From Chrysomallon squamiferum (taxonomy: Eukaryota > Animalia > Mollusca): a stretch of DNA of 64,000 bases. The DNA is taken from NCBI GenBank assembly GCA_012295275.1, contig CM022678.1, forward strand, positions 2,604,001-2,668,000, written 5' to 3'. The notes under the pieces are model-generated. The model did no database searches. It saw nothing but the letters and a program-made list of their open reading frames with translations, and was not told the origin of the DNA. A program made the translations under genes and the position numbers. This document shows, one piece after another, positions 14,671 through 30,226 of this stretch; position 1 is the stretch's first letter; the number at the start of each line of letters is the position of its first letter.

Positions 14671-15959
14671 TTTCTAAAGAGTTTTGCACTTTTGGCAGTC
14701 GGACATAAAATGGATACTCAATTGACTTTTATGTTGCACCTATGATAATTGGAACAGAAATTAACTGTCATTGGCTGAAAGCTGGCATTTAGACACTTTC
14801 AGTGGCTGTGTCTGCCTGTTGGGCTTTTTTTTTTATTTTATTTCTTTTTTTTATCTCCTGCAGTAGAGAGTTTTTATTGTCCAAGTTATTTCCCTTTCAG
14901 ATGTAGAAATTTTCATTAGTAGCAGTTTGTATGCTGTCCTGTTTTTTTTTTATTTTTTCTTTCTTGTTTATAGAGTTAAGAAAGAAAAATGTTGTTTGTA
15001 TGGATAAGAGAGAGAGAGAGAAAGTAATAAAAAGTGATTGAAAATTTGGGAGAAAAAAATGTTTTAAGATAAAGAAAGGCTTGGAGAAAACACTCTAAAT
15101 AGAAAAAGAGAGAAATGGAATGAGAGGGAGAGAGAAGGAATGAGAAAAAACACATAAAAATAGAAATAAAAATAAATAAATAAATTGGAAGTAATTAATA
15201 AATAATATAAAACATAACCAACAAACCCCTTTGATATAAACAAATGAATAATAAACAGGTACTGAGAGCTTTTTGAAATAAACTTCTTACATAATTTCAA
15301 CCTGCTGTTTAAAACAATCTTTTTTCCTTACGTTTATTATTATTATTATTATTGTTATCACCATCATCATCATCATAATTTTTTTCTTTTTCATTTTTAA
15401 TTATTATTATTTTGTTTAAAAAAAAAAACAGCTATCGCACACATCTTTATCAGATTTAACTTTCAACATGATCAGTCTCGTCTGCTTTTTCTTTTATCAG
15501 AACACACAATGATTCCTCAGTCTATCTTTTCATGAACACACACACACACAACCAGGCTTTAACTCAGTTTTTTACCTATGTAACTAACACACAAATTTAG
15601 CCAGAAACTGATTTCAATTCGAGTCTAGAACACGCAGATAGTGAAATTACTTTGTCTGCTTGACAAAATCGGATTACGGCCTGCAGCCTCGAGAGAAATA
15701 TAAAATTAACGTGCATCATACGACTCAATGTGAGTTGATAGGAGCCTCTCCGGGCGCTCGGCCGCTTGTGTCTCATGTCTTGAGACAGCCGTCTTGTCCC
15801 TGTAGACACTGGTGTTGACTGCAGAGACGGCCAATCTGATTTATGACACGAACTCTCGAGCCTTCTGCTTAACCTCGTTAGAGTAATTTTCCCGTGTGTC
15901 CATTATTGATGAAGACAATTGTACGTGTTAAACTTCCTTGTAGTTTTAGTGTCAGCGAT

Positions 15960-15997
15960 TGTGTGTGTGTGTGTGTATCTGTGTGTGTGTGTATATA

Positions 15998-16042
<45 letters not shown>

Positions 16043-16097
16043 CTGGATGTGTGTGTGTGTATCTGTGTGTGTGTGTGTATATCTGTGTGTGTGTATA

Positions 16098-16135
<38 letters not shown>
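15960..16135. repeat. (TG)n microsatellite with TATC interruptions
   Basis: Direct inspection. Confidence 0.95.
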
Positions 16136-16137
<2 letters not shown>

Positions 16138-17934
16138 ATGTGCTTGTGTGTGTGTCTGTATGTATGTGTGGGTATGTCCATACATGTCTGTGTGCACGTG
16201 TGCATTTACGTGAGAGAGAGAGAGAAGAAGAGTTTACAGCAAAAGACAGAGAGAAAAAGAGAAAGAATAAGAAAGAAAATTAGAAAGTAAAAGAGAAACA
16301 GAGTGAGAGAAAGAATGAGAGAGAAAGAGAAATACAGAGAGATGAAAGTACTTGTTTACAAGCACAGTGTGCAATCTTGTTATTACTACCTTTTTAAAAA
16401 AAAAGTATATGTAAAATAAGTAATTGTTTGTTATTGTTAACAATTAATTACACAGTTATTCAGTGTTCACACAGATTATGAAATATTACTCATGCATTGT
16501 GAAACAAAAATAATTAGTTAGATAAATGTCAGCATAACCTTCTAAGTTATGTCTCAGTTGTTCTTTGTTCGGTTTTTTTGTTGTTTTTATTTGATTGTTC
16601 TTTCTTTTTTCCTTCTTCTTTTTTTTTTTTTTTTTTATTGTTTCAAAGAATTTTGATAAATGAATTTTTCAAAAATGATTTAAAAATGAGAATAATAAAA
16701 GTAACCTGCAAAAATAAAAATAAAATAAAAGTCTCGTAATTTTCTCTCAGGACACCTTCTTCTTTGTAATAACATTTGGTTTATAATATTTGTTTAATAT
16801 TAAATTAGAAAGTGTTAAACTTTAGTTTCAGATAAAGGAATGCTAATATTAAGTCACTTTTAACTTTATTTTAAAAGTACAGAGACAAGAATATTGAATT
16901 TTAATTCCAGATAAAAATATCTTAATATTATAGATTACGTGATAACTTAAAAGTATTTTTTTTTTTAATTTTTATTCCATACCAAAAAGGGAAACAAAGA
17001 CTAAATAATTCTTTAAATAAAATAAGAAATTATTTTTTTACAAGTTCTTATTCATTTAATTTGTGTTAGTGTGGTGTATACATTGGCATACATAAAAATA
17101 TGAATAAAAAAGGTTAAATATAGTAATTTCACCTAAATATTTAATATATAAAATAATATTATTTATGTATAAAAAAAAATAAAAAAAAAAATTAAAATCT
17201 AAATAATGCAATATCAGATTTGTTATTTTCATTACAAAAAATAAATTATTTATAAATCAAATTTAAAAAAAAATAATAATATTAATAAAAAGAAAATAAT
17301 ATCTGTGTGTGTAAAAGAAACAAAAATAATAATAATACTGATTGCAATAAAATTAATGACAGTATATCTGCTTGTGTGGGTGTTGGGTGTGTTTGTAGAT
17401 TGAATTAAAAAAAAAGAAAAGATTAATACCTGCATAAAAACATAGCAGCTGGTGACTGGTTTAATACAAGTCAGATAACTGAACAAGGCTCGTGAAATCC
17501 AATATGAAAACCGATTAATTATTCCACAAGTATCGATCACACACTGGAGACGAAAAAAACAGGAAGAAAACACAGAAATGTTGAGTTTTGTTTGTGTTAA
17601 AACATGCAGCTCTCATACCTGCGTCTACCTGTGTTTTTAATTAAAACCTGTTACACCTGTAATTTTTATCAAGTTTTGTTATCTCTTTGTGAATACCTCT
17701 ATTTTTACTTAAGAATCTGTTTTGTAGTAATAATCTGTAATTTTATCAAGTCTTCTTTTATATCTGTGTATATATATATATATAATATATATGAATATCT
17801 GTATTTTTAATTAAAATGTATTTCACCTATACATTTATTTATGTGTATGTATCTTTTGTATGATGTACGTGTGGATGGATGTATGTGTTTTTTGTGTATG
17901 GATGGATGCGTATATATGCATCTTTGTGTGTGCT

Positions 17935-17972
<38 letters not shown>

Positions 17973-18822
17973 TGTGTGTCTACACATATCTTTGACACAT
18001 TCCCATCATTAATGTATGATTCTATGAGGCAAGCTGTGTCACTAACTCAATCACTTATCTAAATTGATTACTTCTGTTACAAATGATATTGCTACCCACA
18101 GCAACACACAACTCTGCAACACCGTTTTACATCGGCTGCATCGTTGTACGATCTGTTAATAAACCAGTGATGTATGGGCAACACTTTTCATGTGACAACC
18201 CGATCCTATCCTATCTATCCCATTGAGAAAGATAAAGTAAAAAAAAAGAAGAAAAATCTCACTGAATATATCGAAACGCATATTTGGCAGTTTAATAGGA
18301 CATGGTCCAATTGGGAAGGAAAAAAAAATGATCTGAGGGAATCCATATGGTTTTTCTTTTTTTATTACGTTTTTATCTTTTCGCAAAAAGAGATTTATGG
18401 GTTAGGTTGGTTCAGAAGAATTTTTTTTTTTTTTTTTTTTATGTTTCTGTGTCGCGTTTTTGAAGAACTGATTTGTGGAATTTTTGCCGAGTTTTATTTA
18501 TTTTTGTGGGGGAAAAGAAGAAAAAACAAACATAGCAGAAGGAAAGATATAAATGATATTTATGTTATAGGATGAAAATGTTTTAGCTTTTTGAACCTGG
18601 GATTTTTTTGAGTAAATAAATAAAAGTTTACTTGTGAAAAATGTGTTAGATGTCGTTGAATAAACAAATAAATAAAAATATTAAATGTATTCAAAGCAGT
18701 ATTTATGCTAGATTTAAAATGTTTTGCAAATTTATTCTCGTCAATATTATTTTAAAAAGTTAGGTGATGGTAAATGTCACAGAAACAAAATGGTAATATA
18801 AACAAATAAACAAACAAACAAA

Positions 18823-18853
<31 letters not shown>

Positions 18854-19015
18854 ATTAGTAAGAAGTAAGGTAATATTTCATAGAAAGTTTTTAAAAATTC
18901 GTCCAACCTTTTTTTTATTATATCTGACTCATGTACTGTAATATTTTTCAGACAAGTTTCTCTTTTTCTGTCTTTTTCTTACTCTTTCTCTCTATCTTTC
19001 CCTGACTTTGTCTCT

Positions 19016-19058
<43 letters not shown>

Positions 19059-19362
19059 CTCTCTTTTTCTCATATTTCAATATTACAAAAAAAAAAAAAT
19101 AACCTCATTGGAGCATTTTAAGAATTCTTTTCTTCAGAAATGCTATCATCTATATCAAACCTACAATATACACCTACAGGTTTTAACCCGTTTTGTGTTT
19201 ATTTAGACATCCGAGCTTAAACAAACAAGTGATACATACGTAAATACAGACATTTCCTTCAATCCGAAACAGATTCGACATTTTACAACTCATTTCAGGA
19301 AGGAAATCTTTTGCTCAAGAAGGAAGATTTCTTTAGTGGAACAATTTACTTTCTGTTCAGAT

Positions 19363-19403
<41 letters not shown>

Positions 19404-20617
19404 AAGAAAGCAGCCTGAGAGATTGTTTTAAGATGATAATAGTTATCTGAAGCAGTTGAGATGGTTAAAAATAAAATAAAAATCGGATTTTGGAAGACAG
19501 TTACAAAGAAAGTGGAGAAATTAATTACACTTCTGCTGCAGTTAGATGTATAATATTATTACGCAAAGAGTATTTCTTTGATTATGGGCTATTTGGGTTC
19601 CTTTGTTCTTTCTGTAATTTCTAGTTTGTTATTATTTGTTATTTTTTATTATTGTTATTATTTTTATTGTTATTATTTATATGTTAATAGTCACTCATTT
19701 TATTTCATTACGTTTCTTTTTTTATTTGGTTGTTTATTGTTCTTGTGCGTTTTATTTATTTGTTTATTTATTTTATTTTATTTAAATGATTTTAAAAAAT
19801 TTTTGAGGTAGTATTAATAATCAACAAAAATTAAGTTATTTAAAAGAAACCAAAAAAAAAAAAAACCCACTGTAATTCAATGTGGGTTTTTCTCTGTGTT
19901 CCTGATATATCAATTTATAACAATTTTAAATTCCTGATTTTTTTTTTACTAGAACAGTTTCAGCATTAGCTCTATTTTTATTTTATTTATTTATTTAACA
20001 TTTTCATGAAGAATTTTTTTCATCATAAAAATAAAAAATAACAATAATTAACTTACTTCTGTTAATATCAATATCATATTAAAAGCTAATTATATCCCAG
20101 TATGATATTAATTAGTTTTTATTTCAGTATATTCCTAATGAATTTAATTTTTTCTGCCAATAATTAAGTCATTCTTCAGGAAAAAACATCATGTAATTAA
20201 ATTTGAAAGGCTATCCATGTATAATTTATTTTTAATGTATTTTGGTACATAGTGTATAAATAATTACCTTTCTTTAGAAGTAAATAATACATGATTTCAT
20301 TATTAATGCTGTCAATATGATTGTGATTTATACATGCATCTTAATATTAAATTTATTTCTGCTATTTAATATGCAAAAATAAGTATCCTTCTACAATATT
20401 TCAGTTTGTTGTAACTAAAAAAAAAAAAAATATATATATTAATTTGATGACAGTTCATTTTTTGGATATAAATAATAATTAAATTAATTTTTTTTTATAA
20501 TTTGAAATTTATTTATTTTATTTTTTTTCAGAAATTGTTGCAGCTAAAATAATATTAACTCATTTTTTTTTTTGGGCATAAATAATAATTAAATTAATAC
20601 TAATATTAAATATTTGT

Positions 20618-20666
<49 letters not shown>

Positions 20667-21342
20667 TATACAAAATACAAAAGGTTTTTCAAAAATCATT
20701 GCAGCTAAAACTGTTCTGATGATTCATTTCTCACTTACGTAATAACAGTCAACAAGGGATTATGTATCTGGTTTTTTGATTTTCCAGCATGGATAATGAG
20801 ATAATAGGATTATCCAGATAATCTCTTACACAATCTGGCCTAATCATGTTTGTGAAAATATAAAATCCAGTTTCATTTCTAAATTGGTTTCTGATTTTAT
20901 CTGGAAATGAGGTAAAGCTACTACAAGGAAAAAAATGAAGAAAAAAAAAAAAAAAAAAAAAAAAAAAGAAAATAGAAATGAAAAAAATATATATTAATGC
21001 TATGACTCAGTTAATGAAAATACAAGGTGTTCTGGAGATAAAGGGTTAATTTGGTGTTACCTGAAGGATGTTTTGGAAGATAAAGGTTAATAAATAAATA
21101 ATTTATCGTCCTCAAGGTATTGTGAGACTAGTTTACTTTATAATTATAACTAGAAAAATAGTAATAAATAAAAATAAATAAATAAATATTATGTTATTAT
21201 TATTGTTTATATAATTTGACAAAAATTAGTCATCTTGTAAAAATTATTATTATTATTATTATTTTTTTTTTGATAAAAAGTAGTTATCTTGTAAAAAAAA
21301 AAAACTAAAAAAGAAACAACATTTTTGACAAAATTATGATAA

Positions 21343-21418
21343 CTCCACATACAAGGATCGATCTCACAACCTCGTGTACCACAGACCAATCATTATCTAT
21401 CAACTTTATCTACAGCTC
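21343..21418 (-). mobile_element. Decayed tRNA-derived SINE head (candidate)
   Basis: Minus strand reads GAGCTG-TAGATAAAGTTGATAGA (A-box-like)...GGTTGTGAGATCGATCC (B-box-like) with tRNA-like spacing; too degenerate to be a tRNA gene. Confidence 0.35.
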
Positions 21419-22807
21419 ACATCCTGTGACAGTCATCAGTTAACTTTTCCTGGATTTAACTAAGTACAAAACAAAACACATCAATGACAAAACAAACAGA
21501 CACTAACAAGTTTTATTCAACATCATCACAGCAGTTATAAAAAAACTAAAAAAAAACTGCTGTCACTATCGTACAAGCTCACATTCATCACCACAGCATT
21601 TTTTTTTTTTTTTCCAATTACAGACTTGCTATTCAAGTTTTATGTGCTGGTGTAAGGATGAAGTATATTTTGGACGAAGAATTATTTATATTTAGTGATG
21701 TGCTGATTATAATTCAGTGGATGAAAAAGTAATACTACCATCCAGAAACCTAATCTTCTTTTTTTTTTTTTTTTTTTTTTTTTCCCAATAATTGTTTTCA
21801 GGAAAACGCTATATTGATTATATCTTATCTCAGACATTTTGGTCTTTTATGTTCCTGGTTCCATTTTTTTTTTTTTTTTTTTTTTTCCTTGTTTGTGTGG
21901 GTTGTTGTTTGTTTTGTTTTTTGTTTTTTTTCACTGGTTTGACCGAATTTTAGAAAATCTTCATTAAATTTTTTTTTTTTTTTGTTACTGGTTCAAACTT
22001 GTATTTGTATAAATTATGTGAAACAGTAAATAAATAAAGAAAGAAGGAAATGAAAAGAAAAAAAAACAGGACTTGTTTAAAATGTTGTCCTTCTGTCTTT
22101 CTGTTTCTGTTTCTGTTTCATTTTCCTCTTTTTCTTTCAGACTGTTTCTTTATCTTTCTTTTTTCTGTTTTCTCTTTCTCTTACTCTTTCACTTTCTCCT
22201 TCTTTCTTTTCTTCTCTCTTTTTGTCTTTAACTGCCTGACACTCCCGTTTCTGTCTGTGTGTGTATCTCTCCTACGTCTTTCTCTTTCTTCTCGTTCTTC
22301 AATACCTGATGCAATCTACACCCCCCCCATCCCAACCTAGCCCCTCCAACACTCTCTCCTCCATCTGTTGCCAGTGAACAGATAATCTACTTCGCCAACC
22401 GACGTGAATGATCCTAACACAGCATCGTTGTTGTCGTCGTAACGTCGTCATTCAAAAAGTCTCTCTCTCGCATTGCCTCGCCTCAGTGCTTTCAGGAATT
22501 CTTTTTCATTTATGCCAGTACACACTCTGCTGACATATTTCCACGAAGAAAACACATTGAACCAGTGCGTCAGACCCACACCAACGAGTGGTTTCTGCCG
22601 AGACTGCGGTGAAAAGACTGGACTGTGACGTCCCCTCAGACGATGTTTGTCAAGCACTTGAGTTGTTTTTGTCCAAGCGAGTTTGCCTTCTGCTTGAAAT
22701 TGTTATACGTTTCTGTGTGCTAAATGTCAACACACACACACAAACACACATAAACACACACACGTAATCCATTTTATTAGTCTTACATACATTTTTATTT
22801 TGTGTCT

Positions 22808-23121
<314 letters not shown>

Positions 23122-23544
23122 GAGTGAGAGAGGGAGTGAATGAGTACAAATTTCAGTGTGCATATTTGTATTTGTAATTTTTACTTTTTGCTAAATATTG
23201 TCAGCATAAAATCATCATTATTCATTATTTATTTCATTTGCTGTTTGGATCATAATTATTTACAAATATAGATGGACAAATGAAAACTTTTTTCCCCTTT
23301 TTTACAAATAATGTAGGAAAAAATAATTCACATTAGAAATTGGGATAGGAAATGCTAACAGGAAAATCAACGTCTGTAAATAATATAGGAATGTGAAATA
23401 AATAAATAATAACAATAGCAGTGATAATAACTTTAATAATAATAATAATAATAGTAATAACAACAACAACAACAATAAATAAATAAATAAAAAATAGTAA
23501 TAAATAAATACTAATAATAACAGTTGCTTTAATAATAATGATAA

Positions 23545-23587
<43 letters not shown>

Positions 23588-23601
23588 ATATAATAAAAAA
23601 A

Positions 23602-23644
<43 letters not shown>

Positions 23645-24113
23645 AAATAATACCATACTTAAATAAAGTAGAAAAAAAAAAAAAACCTGACTGCTTAAAA
23701 ACAAATAGTTGAGAAACTTTACAAATAACGCTTAACAGTTGGAAGGAGAAAATGTCGGAAAGAATGTGAGAAGCTATAACTTTACGTAACGTTTGCGAAA
23801 CTTGTGTGTTTCTGCGCAAACAGACGTGTAATCCATCAAAGTTCTCTATCACTTGGCTTTTTGCCAGTTCCTTGCTCTTTTTTTTTTATGTGTTTTATGC
23901 TGTTAACAGCAAAAGCCAGTATCACCAAAACACGTTTGTAAAAAAAAAACCAAAAAAACCCAGCAGAAACATTAGCGAATACAAATCACTCTCGCTTTTC
24001 TCTTCAGACTGTCGCAGGTTTTCAAGTTTACGAGAAGACGACAGAGCTAAAGAAAAACAATGGAGGAGAGTTTAAGAAATTTAGACCCCTTTTAAGTTAA
24101 TAGAATTTTTTAA

Positions 24114-24152
<39 letters not shown>

Positions 24153-24670
24153 TTTGAACGTGATCATTCTGATTGCATTGCGTTTATTTATTAGTTATTT
24201 TATTCGTTTGTTTGTTGGTTGGTTTACTTTTAAACTTTGTATTCAGATTTTGTTGTTGGATTTATTTATTTTTTATATATTTATATATATATTTTTTTTT
24301 TACTTAAAACATAATCTTCTCTCTTGTGTATGTAACTAAGTTTAGTTTTGACATTATGTTCTAGCTGTTCTCATAAATTAACAGTGAAGAAAGGATGCTG
24401 AAAGATTTATTATCAAGCACTAAAAAAACAAACCTGCCATTAACATTTATAAATAGAAAGAAGACATTATTTAATGTGATACATAATATTCAGCCATAGA
24501 ATATTTTTATTTCCCTTTTTATAAATATTTATTTATTTATTATTATTTATTATTATTTATTATTGTTATTGTTATTATTGTTTATTGTTAATATTATTAT
24601 TATTATTATTTGTTGTTATTACTTTTATTATTACTGTTATTATAAATTGATTATTTGTTATTATTGTTGA

Positions 24671-24757
<87 letters not shown>

Positions 24758-25244
24758 TATTATTATTGTTATTATTACAGTAAGCTGTAGTTTTAGAGAT
24801 TTATTCTGAGGCATGATTGGTCATACTGTTCACCTTTTACATCACATACAGAGTTATTTCCCGTTCCAGACAGTGTTGTATAGACTCTAATTTGTAATTA
24901 ATGCTTAAAATTAACAACAGTTCACCATACACCTTCACTAGCATCATCATTATTGTTACTGTCAAATCACTATCACTGTCATTATCATCATCATCATCAT
25001 CATCATCACTGTTAACATCATTATCATTTTCACATCATCAACATGTATCACAATTATCATCACTATTATTATCACAATCATCACAGTTATCATGTGTTTT
25101 ACCTTTGTCAGATTTTAAATATTGTTCTTATACAGACATAGTAGCAGATGCATGTATGTTAGTAGAATTTTTGCCTATATACATCTATTTATTTATTTTA
25201 ATTTTAAAAATTTTGTGTGTAATAAAATGAATAAATATTTATAC

Positions 25245-25302
<58 letters not shown>

Positions 25303-25783
25303 GATCATTAGCCTACATACATAATATTTAATTTTTTAATAATTAAATGAACAAATATACATACATAAATTAATACATACACAAATAAACACAAACATAC
25401 ACATACAAACACATTCATTCTTTACATAATAACTTGAATATATAAAAAATTTCTCACATAATCTGCATTTGTAATGATCATAATAAAGAGTGATTTTACT
25501 TATTTGTTTACATTTTGTTGTTGTTGTTGTTTGTTTTATGAATTGTAAAAGCAGAGCTTTGTTTGTTGTTTGTTTCTGTTTCAGACAATTTCAGCTTTGT
25601 ATTGTTTGTTTACGAAGTTGATGAGTTATTTTATATTTGCTTACTGCAGTTCAGACCACACAGATAGCTTTTATTTATAATTCTTTTTCTACATGTTTGT
25701 TTAAAGTTTATAAATGTTGTTTATAATTCTGAATCTGATTAGATGAACAAAGTGTGAGTGTGTTTGTGTGTCTAGATATATGT

Positions 25784-25834
<51 letters not shown>

Positions 25835-26088
25835 CAGACACACACACACACACACACCACACAGAGACACACACATACACATACCCTCACAGAAACATAT
25901 ATACTTAAACAAATAAATCATACCATTTATAATTATATATGTATATACATGCACCTCTACACACTGAGTGAGAGAGGAGGGATCAAAAACAGAGATAAAT
26001 ACACACACACACACACACAGAAAGAAATAGAGAAACAGAGAGAGAGAGAAAGGAAGGGAGAACAACATACACACTAAAACACACACAA

Positions 26089-26145
<57 letters not shown>

Positions 26146-26259
26146 AAGAGAGAGAGAGAGAGAGATAGGGGAGAGAAAGAGAGAGAAAGAAAAACGAGAG
26201 TACTAGACATTAATTACTGCATGTTGTTAACAGTGTGTTATTGATTTTTATCATTTCAG

Positions 26260-26295
26260 TCACCTGATGCTCTCATCGACATTGACTACTACAAC
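26260..26295 (+). CDS. SDC: Syndecan 36-nt exon SPDALIDIDYYN (phase 0-0)
   Basis: tcatttcag acceptor and gtaagt donor. Open and in phase with the next exon; acidic/aromatic stretch just before the GAG sites. Confidence 0.7.
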
Positions 26296-27142
26296 GTAAG
26301 TATCACGACAGCATGACTGTGTTAGCAACGCAGTATTGTACAGCCCTCCGTTTATCCTGTCCATCCATCCATCCATCCTTGCATCCCTTCATCAATGTAT
26401 TCTATTTATCCATCCTTCTTTCCATCCATCCGTTCATCCTTCTATCCATCTAATCTCTGTCATATGGTGTTTTTTAATGTCTTTATTCTGCAATATTGTA
26501 GTCATTCATCTGTTTTCAATCCAACTGTCTGTCTATCCATTAATTCATTCATTCATTCTTTCAGTTTCATTCAATAATTTATATGTTTTTTAATTATATG
26601 TTTTTGCTTTACTTTACTTCTTTTGTGTTCATTCTTTCATTCTTTCATTAATTTATTCACTTATTCATTCATTAATTTTGTTAATTCAAGTATATTTTAT
26701 TTTCTAATTTTGTCTTAATTCCCATGTTTGTTTAAGTATTTAGGAATATGTTCTCCTGAAATTACCATTTTTCTGATGCAGTAGTAAATATAAAAATGAT
26801 AGTAATTGTAATAAATTAAACATTGTAGCTAATGATAATATTAAAACAGATAAAAATATTTAGTATATTTTGTTGTAAAATAAAATTTCTTCGGTTAAGA
26901 ACGTAAATACAATTATAATAAAGAGTTTTTATTTTTTATTTTTCCCTTCAGTTTCCTCTGACATACATAAACATACCTTTACACCTACAGTCACATGTGT
27001 ACTATCTCAGACACAAATTTAAACACACACACACACACACATTAAAAGCTGAACTCTCTTTTCCTTGTCTTTTTCATCTCTTCTTTTTTTGTGTATGAAG
27101 GTGTGTGTATGATTGTCTTTGTGAGTGAGGGTTTGTAAAATA

Positions 27143-27212
<70 letters not shown>

Positions 27213-27311
27213 TTAGAGTTAATTAATGAGTGTTTGGGTATGTGTCTGAGTAAGTGTACATATGTATGTTTTGTATGTGTGTTGATTTAGTGAGAAAGGG
27301 AGTTCTTGTAA

Positions 27312-27381
<70 letters not shown>

Positions 27382-29237
27382 GAGACAGACAGAGAGAGAG
27401 AGAGAATGTATGACGAGATAAATGTAGAGAGATAAAGATGATGTTTTATTTAAGAGATGTTTGTGTATTGCAGGATGCCGCAGTTGCTGATGGCAGTGGG
27501 TCAGGAATGGGGACTGACAATGACATCGTCACTGATGATGAAGACATGGATGTTGAATCTGGCAGTGGAGCCATGGTGCCCCCAAAGAAAGGAGATAAAG
27601 GTAGGTAACACCCTCCTGCCCCACCCAGCTACTACCCTTACAAACCTGAATAATTGTATTTGTTAAAAATCAGAAATTAGAAAGTATAATTACTGAAACT
27701 CTGTGTGATCCTGTACATAATACTAATGAAATAAATTTTTCATTACATATTTAAATAACATAAAAAGAATAAAAAAATTTTGAATTAAATTTTAAAAGAT
27801 TTTAATGATATTTTAAGGCTGAGGTGGGCCTCATGTGATTTACTTCCTTATTAATATTTAATAATTACAAAAATTAATATTTTCACCTACTGATCAATTT
27901 TCCATTAAAAAAAAATAAAAAAAAATCCAACTAACTGAGGAGGAATTTTTTTTATTTTTATTTTATTCTTGTTTTACTGTTTTAATAATAATAATAATAA
28001 TAAAAAATACTTCAGAAGAAGAATTAAGGAAAACGAGTATTATTATTATTTATATTGTTATTATTATTATTATTATTATTTAAATCACTCACAGACAAAT
28101 GCTAACAGCATAAAAATTTACCAGATGTAATTTTTTTATATATGTCAGTGAACTTTTTTTGGATTCGCATTTTGAAAGGAAGTAGAACATTACTGCAATA
28201 GATGTCTGACATACATACATAATTCATACTTTAAATGTCAGTCCTGTAATATCAGTATATTAGCTACATTATATATTAGGCATTTTTGAGTTAACTTGAT
28301 GGGAAAGTTTCAGTTTAAAAGTCTTTTTAGAAAGGTTTTTGCTTGTAAAAATGTTGTCATTTCTGTGTTATTTGCTTACATACAGATATATTAATATATA
28401 TATATATACACACACATAAAAGTACATAAATTACATAGATATAGACGTACACACATGTGTGTACATACAGATATAAGTTTATGTACGTAAAAAGAGATAT
28501 ACAAACATACAAAAACAGAATCTATTTATTATTTTCATTTTTATTTTCACTTTTAGTATTTTAAATTAAAGAAATACATTTTCTTTATGTTTTCTTTTTC
28601 TCTCTTCTTCTTTTTTTAACTGTTACAGAATATTCTTTTGCATTGTAGAAGACTTTTTATTATTATTATTATCAAAACACCTTAATTAACAAACTCAAAA
28701 AGAATCTAGGTGTTATTAATTACAGCTTGACTGTATTATTTTTTTTTTACCTGGCTTTAACAAAGTTGTATATTGCACAGGTACAAATTAGGCTAATTGG
28801 ATAAACTGAAATTTTTTAAATACCTATCACAGAGGTGTCAGTATTTATTCTTGTACATTTCTGCGACAGCATTTGTTTTTGTACGTGTAAAATATAAATA
28901 TAGAGACTTGAAAACTGAAGTTCTGTACAGATGTACTCAGACAAAGATTCAGGTGAAATCCTGCATTTTAAAAAAAAAAACTATCTCGCTCAGAATATCT
29001 ACTGATGTATTTTCCAGACACACCACACTTTTTAGAACAGTTCTTTTTTTTAATAACAATTACATACACTTTGTACTGTTAAAAAGTATTATTTTTATTC
29101 TTTATACTATATTATATTATATTACAATATTTATTTATATATTTTATTATTATTGTTTTTATTATTATTATTATTGTTATTGTTTTTTATTATTATCATT
29201 ATTATTATTATTATTATCATTGTTATTATTATTATTG

Positions 29238-29271
<34 letters not shown>

Positions 29272-30165
29272 CATTATCATCATCATCATCATCATCATCA
29301 TTTTTTTATGTTTTTAATTATTCTGCGCAGACTGCATCACATTCTCAGACAGCTTGATTCAAAACAGAGCCATCGTTTATTTATAATTGTTTTTTTTTTT
29401 AAAGTTATTTTTGGTCTGCCCCCCCCCCTGCATCTTGCGAGCAGTTTTCACCTGTACCTCTTACACCATCCACAACGCCAAAAATACCTCCCCAGATACT
29501 GCAACGTCTAACTCGATACTTTTCCTACCCGATAACAACAGGTTAGAGTAACTTACGCGTTTTAGCACTTTGATAGATTCTGCATGTTGGCCTTTTTTTT
29601 TCAATGTAACAAGCTTATGGTTGGGCTCTCCAAGCATGCTGGGATATCAGGTTTCATTTGTCGAGTGCCAAAAAGATTTTCAATAAAAAATAAAAATAAA
29701 AAACAACCAAGCAGACGCAGGTTACGAAAACAGCAAAACGGGGGGAAAAAATTCTTTAATAAAAATATTTTCGGGACGAAAACATGAGAAATATGTGGAT
29801 GAAGTTGGTGACTTTTGTGTTGTGTCTTTCCTCAGTGACAACGTTGCCGACGTCGAAGAAGCCGCTGACTCCGTGTCAGAACCTGAGGGAGGCGAGCAAG
29901 CACCTGCTGGGCAACTTCGTGCCGCGGTGCACGGAGAACGGGGAGTATGACAAGATGCAGTGTCGCGGGTACCCGGGTACTGGCAAGTGCTGGTGTTCCG
30001 ACATGAACGGCAGGGAGATTCCTGGAACAGCCATGGAGCAAGGGGAAATTCCAGACTGCGAACACGGTGAGTTTTTTGTTTCAAAATTGTATTTAATTTA
30101 TTTTTTTTATTTTTTTTTATTTTTTTTTTTTTATGTGTATTGTTTGTTGTATATTTTTTTATGAT

Positions 30166-30226
<61 letters not shown>

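Noticed and set aside
18174-18575. 133-aa ORF (and the 186-aa ORF at 28797-29357)
   Set aside because: Low-complexity poly-K/F/L from homopolymer runs, with no domain and no supporting splice structure.
27457-27666. ORF-track proteins at 27457-27666 and 33169-33369
   Set aside because: Wrong reading frames; the true frames encode the syndecan Ser-Gly exon and the TM/cytoplasmic exon.
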